Origin: Candidatus Omnitrophota bacterium
GTDB taxonomy: Bacteria; Omnitrophota; Omnitrophia; Omnitrophales; JACROU01
Assembly (NCBI GenBank): GCA_029261035.1
Contig: JAJDCD010000005.1
Location: forward strand, 91,516-155,515
Direction: 5' to 3'
DNA: 64,000 bases
The notes beneath the pieces were generated by a model. The model did no database searches, was not told the DNA's origin, and saw only the letters and a program-made list of their open reading frames with translations. Of the stretch, positions 48,601-60,600 are shown in pieces (the first letter of the stretch is position 1; every line of letters begins with the position of its first letter). The position numbers and the translations under genes are program-made.

Positions 48601-51600
48601 CTCTTAAAGAAGAAGTCTTTGTTAGAAGTATCAGCAGAGGGAACTAAATATCATATGGATGGGGCTGGTAAAGCATTAATGGTTAGTTTGGTGACAGCGT
48701 ATCAAGTTATTTCAATTTATAGAAAATCATTACGAAACAAAAAGGAGTCTTACTCTGTTGATGAATTGGCAGGATTACTTGGAGTGACAAAAAACATTCT
48801 TGCTCAGGCTATTAAGTCTGGTGAGATTGCAGTGATCCACCTTCCTTTTTTAGGTCCAGAACCTAGAATTTCGATTGTAGATTCAGAGGGAATTCTAAAT
48901 ATTTTTTCAAAAGTAGTAAAAAATTATTCTAAAGTTCTTCGTCCTTATACAAAAAAGAAAATCTCATCTTGGAGAGAATTGATGGCTGTTGTTTCTGGGT
49001 GGGAAACAACCAACTCTTTAAAGGAAAAATGGGGCTTTAAATCTCATAATGGAATTCATCAGATGATGAGTAGGGGTAAAATTAAAGGGTTTCATATTGT
49101 GCACCCTTTAACAGAACAAGGGGTTTGGTATTTTCCTCCTGAAGAAGTAGGTCGAGTTGATGATTTGGAAGAGATGAAACTAGCCAAGGTTTTGAAGATG
49201 GTGAACAAAGGAAGTCGTGCAAAAATTAAGACACGAAGTGAGTTGGAAAAGGTGCTGCACTCTTACTTTTCTTTAGAAAAACTTGAAAAGCGATGGTCTG
49301 TTTCTAATCGAAGTTTGAAAGGAATGATTCAAAGAGGAACGTTAGAGGCAGTTCGATTAGATTTTATTGGGGAACAAAAGAGAGGGTATTTGGTTTCTCC
49401 TAAAGAGGTGAAGAGAATTGAGGGATTGGAACAAAAAAAATTAAAAAAAATTAAGAGATTTGTTTCTAAGTTTTCATCTCAAACAATTAAAACAATTGGT
49501 AAGTTAAGAAAAGTTACGCAGAATTGGATTAAACCAACAACACTTGATGAAAGACTAGGGATTAGAGGGGGTACAGTTCGGCAAGCTATTGATAATGGGT
49601 TGATTCAAGCTGTACGCATGGATTTAATTGCATTTGGTGGTGATAAGTCCGCATATTTAATTCCAACAGCAGAGATTAAAAGATTGGAAGGAAAAGTTAA
49701 AGCTCTAGCTAGAGATATCTCAGCTTTTTCAAAGAGTAAACCTAAAACAATTCAGGATATTAAAACAGCAACTAGAGAGTGGTTGAGAATTGAAGATTTA
49801 GCTAAGGAATTTGATGTTTCATTCGAAACCATTTTTGCGTTAGTGCGATCGGGTGAAATAACAGCGTTTAAATTAGATTTAATTGGTTTAGGGGCATCTA
49901 AAGCTCCGTACGTGATTCCTCCAGAAGAAGTATCGAGAATTCGTGAGGAGCAGAATGAGAAAAAAAGAAAAGTGCTTTCTTTTGTGGAGCAGTATGAAAA
50001 TGTTTCTTCTGAAGATGAAATAACGGTAATGAGGTTAAAAGATATTACGAGTCGTTGGGTCAAGTTAAGGCAATTTAAGACAGAGTTTGGTGTTCATTTG
50101 GCTACAGCGTTTAATTATGTAAGGCAGGGAAAAGTTAATGCAGTTCAAATGGATTTGTTGGGTTATGGAGGAAAGAAAGCATTTTACTTAATCCCACCTC
50201 AAGAAATTGAAAGAATTCGCCAAGAAGATAAACTTAAACTGACTCAAATAATTGATTTTGTTAGAACGTATATTAGTTCTAAAAGAAGAGTTAAGACATG
50301 GGAGGATGTTCAACAAGTTACAAATAGCTGGTTAAAGATTGAGGATTTAGTCAAAGCTGCTTCTGTTAAATTTGCGACAGCTTCAAGGTGGGTTAAAACA
50401 GGCAAGGTAAAAGGCATTAAAATTAAACTGATAGGGAAGAATAACACAAATGGTTATTACATCATTCCACCTCAAGAGATAGATAGGGTTAAAAAAGAAA
50501 GAATGGATCGGAATAATCTAGCGTCTAGTTTAGGCCAGGAATCTACTGCTGTAGTTGATGTTCTATATCAAAAGTATCGATTTCTTTTACCTAAAAGTGT
50601 TCAGAAACAATTTAATTATGAGTTGGTGGCAGGGTGGTATGAAGTTGTTTCATCTGATACAACTGTACTTCCGATGAAAATATTTGATTTTATTCAAAAA
50701 GTATATTCTTTATTAAGTCCCAATGAAGTAAATCAAGTAGCTGTTTTATTAGCGGACTTTCAAAAAGAGATTACAGAAATTTTGACGGCAGATGAGTCAC
50801 TGGAACCGTCTGAAGAAGAAAAAGCACCTCAAGAAGTAGAGTTGGTAAAAGCAGTGGCGTTACAAAAGCTTGTGGAGAAAAGACCTTTAGTAGATGAGAT
50901 CTGGGAAGGAGACAAAAAAGCTCGGATCTCAATGGATCCTGTGTTTTGGGGTGTTCTGCATTCCGATGAAAAGAAAGAATGGTTAAAGAAAATAAAGAAA
51001 ATCCTTACCCGCAATTACTCTTCATTGAAAAAGGGGTTAGATTATGAAGAGCCTATTGGAGGCGGAAAAAAATTTAGGTCTCTAAAGTTAGGTTTGGTAG
51101 ACGCGCCGCTAGTGCTTTCCCACGGGGTTAAAATTCATGCTATGCAACTCAAAGGAGTTGTTTTTGATTCTGGAAATATAACAGATGTTTTTAATATGCA
51201 TCACGCTAAAAGAGAGTGGGGGCAGAAGCTCCCAGATGCTCCTGTCGTACAACCTATTTATCATGAAGATGGAACTATCAGTTACATCCCTCGACAGTGG
51301 TCTCCTAAGGGCGGAATGGTATTAGATGAGGCTAAAAGAGAATTTGAGATGCATCGTTATTTTATGAAAAGTGGAATGCCTGTAAATTACCCCCTTGCTT
51401 ATGGAGAGTTTTTGGGTGAAAAGGAACCATTAGGCAGAAAAATAGGATTTGTTTTATTAGGTCAAAGATTTCAACAAAACTATCGTTTCCATGATGTGCT
51501 GAACCGAATTTTGAATGCGAGGTATGTAGTGCCTATACAGGAGCTTTCAAAAGAGGGTAAAACACCAGAAGAGATCGAGAGTTTATTTAGAGAAACCGAA

Positions 51601-54600
51601 TTAGAGTTATTGGCCAACATTCAATCACATGGTCACTTGCTTCGCACGATTCATACTCCTATGGTCCAAGAAGAGGAACGGTGGGAGGGGGCTTTTCATG
51701 GAAATTTACATCCAGCAAATGTGAGTGTGGATCCTGATTATTTTCTAAATATTCATGATTTAACCCATGCATACAACAAAGAAGAAGTAAGTTCATTGAA
51801 AGAGCAATTTGCAAGACAGTTACTTGATTTTGATGCTGCTTTATCGAGAACTCTAGAAGATAAAGTTTTCATGGACTCGCAGTTACAAGACTTTCATGTA
51901 AGGAAAGGGTTGCCTGTTTCTTGGAAGGGTATGGAGTATGTGAAAACTTTTCTTCTTGGCTATTTTTATGATTTTCCACCAGAAGTTATTGAAAAAGTGG
52001 CTAGAACCATGGTTATGGAGATAGAGGGACACCCCATAACTCGCACCAACAATATTATACAAAAACTAGGAGTGACTCGACTTCCTGCTTATCAACATCC
52101 AGACTTTATTTTCGATCTGATGCGGTATGTTGTTGGAATTAAAAAAGATGGAACACCTCTTTTAGAAGAAGAAAAAGAATCTGCTAAGAAAGAAATAGAA
52201 CAAAAAATTCTTGCCTCCAGTTTAGGTCGTACTAAAGATCATTTTAATATGACCTTCGAAGGACATGCTTTTAATATTTTAGATGAAATGAAGAAGGGCA
52301 ATTTTAGTATGAAGTGGATTTTGAATTTTAAACCAGAACCGCTTACTAGGATACAGGTGCCGGATAAAAGTGTTTATGTGAGTCGAAAAACCGTTTTAGA
52401 AGCAGCAAAAAGAAAAAGATTTGGCTTACCTTTAAGTGCTAAACGGTTAGAACAGTTACTGAAAGCAGGTGCAATTAAGCAGAATGAGAAAGGGGAGTTG
52501 AGTCGTTATGATGCTGAGTCTTTTATAAATGCTTATAGTTTGAGAGAAACGGCTGAGCTTACAGGTCTAAATAGAGATCGATTGTCAGGCTTATCAGGCA
52601 GTAAAGACCGTATGGTTGTTGTGCAGGGAAACTATTATGTTTTCCATGATTGGATTGAAGAAATGCGGGCACGGCATCATCGCCTTGTGCCTGTTTCTCT
52701 TTTATCTGAAATGCTGAACCTAACCCATTCAACATTTCTGTCTAATCTCCGGAATCCCAAAAAATTCTTACGTCCTCATCTATTAAGGCAGTTATTCGAT
52801 GATAGAAAAAATCTGTTAGAGTCTCGATTTACAGGAGAAGAGTACCACTATTTTGGAGATCATTCTCCAACGTTGTCTGTGGATATTTTAACGGCATGGA
52901 GTATCTTTCAATTACTTCAAAGGGTTCCTAATATGGAAACGGCCAGTACGGTGGATGAATTATCTAAAAAACTTTATGTTAATAGAGTTTTTGTGTCAAA
53001 AGCTATCGAAGAAGATCGGGTTGAAGCTACTTTGGTTAGGGGTATGCGCAAAGGAGGTCCTGTTTATTTAATTGATGAAGAGGAGGTAAGGCGCATAGAA
53101 AAAGAATTTAACCAAAAATTAAAATTATTAATAAAGGAAGTTAAAGCTTATGTTGATTCAAAGGTCCCTTTAAAAACATGGGAAGATATTCAAGAAGTTG
53201 TCAAAAATTGGGATACAACAGAAACATTAAAAGAACGATGGAATTTTAAAAGTATTAGTGGTATTCATGAAATGATGAGAAGGGAAGTTTTGAAGGGTGT
53301 TAATGTTGTAAACCCCTTATCCACAGTAGGTGTGAATTATTTTCCTCCACAGGAAGTTGAGAAATTAGATAAAAGAGATAGAAATAAGCTTGATGAAATC
53401 TTGGAATTTATTAACAGATATAGAGGGTCTCCCATTACAACTCGTGCTGAGATTGATGCAGCTGTAAGTAAATGGAGCACTCCTACTTATTTATCTAAAG
53501 TGACTGGAATACCAAGGCAAACAATGACCCGAAGAGTAAAGAAGGGTGCTGTCAAAGGTGTTCTGTTAGATCTTATTGGTTTTAAAAAGAAATTCATGGT
53601 TCCTCCTTCTGAAGCCCAAAAATTTATTCAAGCAAACTCAAAAATAAGTAAAGCCTCAAGTTTAGGAAGATCTAAAGATCATTTTGATGCCACAGTCCTA
53701 GGAGAAGAAGTGAATTTGCTTGATGCCATGAAAGAGGGCGCGTTTAAAGTCCAATGGTTTTTTAGTTTTAAGACTAAGAAGCTTCCTCGAGTTGAAATTC
53801 CAAAAAAACAAAAATATCTTACTAAAAAAGAAGTGTTACAGTTAGTATCTCAAGTAAAAGGAAAAAGAAGAATTGGTCCTTTGCGTTTGAATCAATTAAT
53901 TGAGAAAGAATATATCAAAAGAGATTCTAATGGAAACTTAAATCGAGAGGATGTGTTGTTTTTTCTAAATGCATTTTCATTAAATGAAGCGGCAGCATTC
54001 ATTGGGGTAAACCCAGACAGGCTCGGTAAAATTGCCTTAGAAAATGGATCGGTGAAATATGGTAAAGAGTATTTTGTTCCATATCAATGGGTTGAGCTAT
54101 TAAGAGCCAATTTTCACGATCTTGTTCCTATTCGAATTTTAGCAGAAATGTTAGATATGGAATTTTGGAACCTGGTAAATAAATTAAGAAGCCCTTCAAA
54201 TTATTTTTCCGAAGATATTATAAAAGAGTTTTTCCCTTATCAAGAGACTTTAATTGATAAAAGAATTACAGGAGAAGAGTATCACTTTATCAATGGTAAC
54301 AATGTTTTGGCTGTTGATTTGGCTACGGCATGGATGCTGTTTGTCATATTTAGAATGTTTCCAAATCCCAAGAAAGCGGCCACATTGACTTCGTTGGCTA
54401 ATAAACTTTCTGTGAACAAAACATTGGTATCTACAGCGGTGAAGGAAGGTCGAATTAAAGCGACTCTCGTTTCTGTCTTAAAAAAGGGAGTTCCGTCCTA
54501 CTTGGTTGATGAAGAAGAGTTTGACAGAGTTATTAAGGAATACAGTAAGAAGCTGAAAGACCTTAAAGCTTTGTTAGTTCCATATCTGCGAGGTAAACAA

Positions 54601-57600
54601 CTGAAGACGTGGCAAGATATTCAGGAAGTGGTTCAAGGTTGGGATACTGCAGAATCTTTAAAAGAGAAATGGGGATTTAATCAGGTTGATAGAATCCACA
54701 GAATGGTGAAAAGGGGCCTATTAAAGGGAGTTCATGTTGTGAACCCTCTATCGGTACATGGGAAGTGGTACTTTCCACCTTCTGAAGTGGAAAAGGTAGA
54801 TGTTGTAGATCGAGAAAAACTGCAAGAAGCTTTGGGTTTTGTTAATCGCTATAGAAAAAGGAAAATACGAACTCGAGAAGCGTTAATCAAATCTCTAAAG
54901 AGATGGAGTTCGCCAGTTAAGTTAAGTAAATCAACAGGAATCCCTCGTCAGACCATGACGCGCTTGGTGAGAGATGGGTATGTGGAACATGTAAAGCTAG
55001 ATATATTAGGACAACGGTCTCGTTATGTTATTCCTCCAGAAGCTGCTAAGAGATTTATAGACGAGTTGAATGAAAAAATTATTACCTTTTCAGATAAACA
55101 CTTATCTCCTTATGGTCAAGGTGCTAGAACATATAAACAACTAAAAAAATTGCTTAATAGATGGTATACGATTTCTGAATTAAGTAAAACAACAGGAATT
55201 AACCAAGAAGAAATTGCCTGGAAAGTTGAAATCGGTGAATTAAACTCTGTCAATTTTGATTTCACTCCTCTTCAAGGGAGGATATACATCCCACCTCAAG
55301 AAGCAGAGAAATTAATTCAATCTTCAAGCGTGTCTGCTAATAGTTTAGGTGTTGCAAAAGAGCACTTTGATATTTTTGTTAATGGGAAGAAAGTAAATTT
55401 GATTGATGCGATGGTTGATGGGTCATTTCGTCCAGAATGGATAAGTCGTTTTGTCCCTAAATCTTTACATGAAGTAAGCTTAAAAAATGTTGCTCCATCG
55501 ATTACTTTTGAAAGAGCTGAAGAGTTATCAAAAAGATTGGGGCAAAGAGTTATTACTGTTTACATGCTTTCCGAATTACAAGAGGCGGGTATTATAAGTA
55601 AAGAGTTTGAAGGAATGATTTCAAAAGAAGATCTTCAGTTTTTAATTAATTCCAGAAAATTGGGGGAAGCGGCACGGCTTGTAGAGCTTAATGAGGCTGA
55701 TGTGTGGATGTTTGCTTCCAAACATGGAGCAAAAAGGTTGCGTAGAGAGTATTTCGTTCCTTTGGAGTGGATAGAAGAAGTTATGCTTAGAAAGCACCAT
55801 TTGATTCCAGTTCAGTTATTAGTTGATGAGTTGGGTGTGAACTATGCATCTTTTGTGGATCGTTTAAAGAACCCAAGAAAGCATTTCTCCAAAATTATAG
55901 CTGAGGGCTATTTGGAAGGGAGAGACTCATTGCTAGAACCTTCTCTTAGAGGCAGTCTTGTTCATGGAAATTATCAAAATTTTATGATTGATTTGTCCCT
56001 AGCGTGGAAAGTAGTTCGATTAATTAAGGAAAAATCACTGTCCGACGGATACATCACTTCGGATGTGTTAGCAGAAAGAATAGGCGTTGATGTTAATGTC
56101 ATTCTTTTAGGGATTAGAAATGAACTGATCAAGGTTAAAGAGATTTCTGATATTGCTGGTAGTGGCAAGTACCATTATGCCATTTCTGAGGATGAAGCAG
56201 AAAGAATAGAAAAATTATTTAGTGCTCAGTTGGCTGTATATCAACAGACTTTGGAAGAAAGTGGTTTTATAAAAAGAAAGTTAAACGGATGGAAAGATTT
56301 AAAGAAATTTATTCAGTCATGGCTTGGAACGGAACAGTTGAGACAGCGTTGGGGTTTTACGGGAAATCAAGCAATTATGCAGATGTACCAAAGAGGGAGT
56401 GTTTGGGGATTAGAACTAGCACATCCACTGTCAAGAACAGCAAAAGTCTTATTTCCATTGAAGGAAATTAGGAGCATTGAGAGAAAGGAAAAAATCAAAT
56501 TCGAACTTATTGCTAAATTTATTTCTGAACATGTTGGAGTAGAGGTGAATGAAAAAGCAGAAATGTCAGATGTTTTTGAAGATTGGTATACCGTAAATGA
56601 TTTACTGAAAGCCACAGGCTATAGTCGGAAAAAGGTTATGAGACAAATAAATAACGGGAATATCCCCTCAATCAAAATAGATCTACTAGCTATGCAAAGC
56701 CGTATTGTAATTCCACCCACTGTAGCTCAGCTGTGGATTGGACAACAACAAAAACCACCTTCGACAGCCTCCAGCTTAGGTAGAACAACAGAAGATTTTA
56801 ATATTACTGTGAATGGAACTCCTGTGAATTTACTGGATGCGATGATGGAAGGAACATTTCAAATATCTTATTTACTGCAACTATATCAACCTATGAAAAG
56901 ACAAGGTCATGCTCCTAAGAAAGCTTACTACTCCATTGATGAAGTGCTTGAAATCTTTAAAGAGAAGGGCAGAGGCCCTATAAGGAAGTTACATATAAAT
57001 GAGTTTGTGACAATGAAAAGAAGAAAAAAAGAGGATAAGAGAATTAGGCATGAAGAGCTTCTCTGGTTGCTGAATACGGTACCTTTAAAAGAAGTTACCA
57101 AGTCTTTAGTTGGTCAACATTCGGATTTAAGAGAAAGGGCATTAGAGGGCGGTGCTGTTTTAGTTAAAGATAGAATGTTTGTTCCTGTTGCATGGCTTTC
57201 CCAACAGCAAGAAAAACAGGCTAATTTGGTTTCTGTGGGTTTATTAGCGAAAGTTATGGGTGTTTATCGCACTAAGCTATTTAAGTATATATTGGATCCA
57301 CAAGGGATGTTTGGAGAGGCTATTTTTAATCAATATTTTCAAGACAAAGAATCGTTGTTGGAATTGTCTCAAAACGGAACAGTTTTTCATGGAACACAAA
57401 AGGCACGAATGATTACACTAGAGACAGCTTGGGCAATTGTAAGAATTTATAAAATCTCATTAGAGAGAGCGAAAGGCTCTATTGGTATTGTAGCGTTAGG
57501 CGAAGAGTTGGGTAGAGATCGTTACTTTGTTGACAAAATTATTAGAAGAGGAGAAATAGATGCTTCGTTTATTCCTTTAGTAAGTGACGGCAAATATAAA

Positions 57601-60600
57601 GACAGAATAGTAGCTTCAGAACTTGAAAGAATTAGGGCTTTATACCGTAGATCATTAGCAAGTTATTCAGATGTACTTAAAAAATATGGGGTTGGTCCAT
57701 TTAAAACATGGAGTGAGCTAGAAGAGTTTTTTGAATCATGGTATACCGCTGATGATGTAAGGCGTAGATTTGGTTTTAAAATCAAACGAAGTGTTTATGA
57801 TATGTCTGAACGTGGAGTCTTGACCGGTATTCATGTAGCATCCCCTCTGATGCCACAAGGCCAAATTCGTTTTTTTCCAGTAGAAGTTGATAATCTTTTT
57901 AATAAAGACTTAGAGAGAGTTAATGAGATTTTGGTATTTATTAATCGCTTCAGAAAGCGTCCTATAGGAAATAAATCTCAAATACAAAGAGCAATTCGCG
58001 ATTGGTATAAACTGCCTCAGTTAGAAAAAAAATGGGCTGTCTCAGATGGAACTTTGTTAGATTCAATTAACAAAGGGAGCTTAGAAGCTATTAATATTGG
58101 CTTGATAGGAATGAAAGAACAAGGCTACTGGGTTCCAAGGCAAGAAGTACAGCGAATTGAAAAAGAACAGAAAAAAAGAAGAGAAGAGATTCTGAAATTT
58201 GTTTCTCAATATACAGATGAATCGATTAATACTACAAAACAACTTAAAAAAGCAACTCGTAAATGGTTCGCTGTTGAAGGAGCTGCAAAGAGGTTGGGGG
58301 TAAAGAAATCTCTGATAAAAAGTATGATTAAACGAAAAACCATTAGAAGTGTGAAGATGGATTTGCTTGGTTATGGAGGGGGTAATACGTTGATGATGAT
58401 CCCTCCTCAAGAGATAGGAAGAATCGAAAGGGAAGAAAAAGAAAAGTTAGATAGAATTATAGCTGATATTTCTCAATTTACTGAGAAACCTTTAATGACA
58501 GTAGAAGATGTTTTGAGAGCAACTCAAAGTTGGGTTAAAGCAGAAGAGTTTGCTAAAGAATTTGGTGTGAATACGGCCCATGTTTTAGCTTTAATTAGAT
58601 CTAATAAAATTCGTGCAGTTGAAATGAATTTATTGAAAGTTCGTGGAAATAAAATGTTTTATTTGATTCCTCTTTCTGAAGTGGAGCGTTTTAAATTAGA
58701 TCAAAAAAATCAGCTTGCTGAAATTATTCCACAAGTACGTGAATATACGGATGCCGAGATTGACACTATTGAAGGTTTGAAAAAAGCAACATTAGATTGG
58801 AGCAGTACGGGGGACTTTTCAAGAGAGTTTGGTTTTCCTGCAGCATCAGTGACTCGTATGATTAAGGCTAACAATATTAAGGCTATACGATTTGATTTGT
58901 TTGGATTTGGAGGAAAAAATAGATTGTATTTAATTCCCCCACAAGAAGTTGCCAGTATAAGGCAAGAACAAGAAAGGAGATTTAAAGAGGTTCAGAATTA
59001 CTTGCTTCATAATTTTAATATCGAAATTATGACATTGACTGATTTAGAAGAAGTAACTCAAGATTGGTTAGGGAAGGAAGATGTTAGGAGAGCTTTAAAA
59101 ATAAGTCAGGCAACATTTTATTCTCATGTGAAGGATAGAAAAGTTAAATCCGTATTTATTGACTTGTTGGGCTACAAAAGAAGAGCTGGTTATTATGTGT
59201 CTCCATATGAAGTGGAAAGGTGGGGGGGAGAGAGTTTAGATGAAGGGGCTTCAAAAAGGAAAGGTGAAAATATAAAATTAAAAGCAAAAAAAATTAAATC
59301 TAAAGCTTCTAGTTTGGGTAGAGAGATAGCGCTTTTGGTTGCGGAAGAGTATCCTTATAATCAGTTGGTGCTTATACTTGATCGTGTAGACAGTTCATCT
59401 GATTATGCTGAGTTTGAGATTCGTTCTAAGAAACAAAAAATTGGAGAAGGAAGTTTTTTTAAGGGAGATGATCATTGGAATTTAGTCCACTTTGAATTGG
59501 GTTCGGAGTATAACTACCAGGAGGAAGGTAAGGAGGTTATAAAGTGGTTTGCTCGATACCTTCAGAATATGTTTCCAGGGAGTAGAAACCCTTTAAGGTT
59601 TGGTTGGGTGTATAACCCTGAAATGTTGAGTTTGGCTCACTCTGTTTTTGAACCAGACTCCATGGAAATAATTTTTAAAAAACCTGGACCGTGGTATTCC
59701 ATGGCTGATCCTAGTTTTAACTTGTTTTACTCTGCAGGTCCTTTACGTATTTATGATGATGTCCCTCTTTCTACAAAAGAAATTAAAGTTATTAAACAAG
59801 GGAGTTTTTACGTTCCTGTGAGCTATCCTCAAGAGGTGAAAAATGTCGTAGTAAGCAAATATCACGTATCAGCACGATATAAAAGTACAGGTAACTTATT
59901 GAGAAAGATTCAGTTTGAGAGACCCTTTTCTATTAAAGGAAAGATACGGAAATCTCTATTGTCTTCCGCACGTTCTCTAGGGGATGAGCAGGATGAGTAT
60001 GGATTAACTCGAAAGCAAAAAGAAGCAGTGCATCATTTCTTGTTTCCTAAAGACTTATCAGGTGAAGCAATATTAAAACAGGTTTTGATGTTACTTATCC
60101 CATATATCCTTTTAGGGGGATTGGTGGCTGCTGTGATGAGTCGTGAGAAAAAGTCAGATAATCAAGCGGTTCCTCAATCAACATCAGAAGGGAAAAGTTT
60201 AGGTGGGACACGGCCTTTGTCTGCGGTAGATTATTTTGCTCAACTGGAACAAGAGCTGTCTGAAGCTTGGCAAGCTTGGGATCATCAAAGCTCGATGATG
60301 GATATGGGTTTTGTCGAATCTGCTTTAGAGCAAAAAACAAATTATTACGCATTGATGGGTCTTATAGCAAATTCGTTTATGCATTTTTCAACTCCTACAT
60401 CAAAATTAGAAGAAGATGACGTAGTTCTTTATATTGCGCCAAATCAAAATGGTAACACAGGTATTTACCGTGTTTTAAGTGTATCTGGAATGCAAGTTCA
60501 ACTGATGAATGTAGCAAACAAAACAATTTTAGTAGCGGAGACGAAGAAAATAAGAAGGATTGATTTATCAAAACCTAGAATTATGTCTCAGGTTGAAGAA

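Noticed and set aside
48040-59304. Prophage or integrative element suggested by excisionase-like HTHs
   Set aside because: No integrase, structural phage genes or att-like direct repeats were seen. The HTHs are internal repeats of one ORF.
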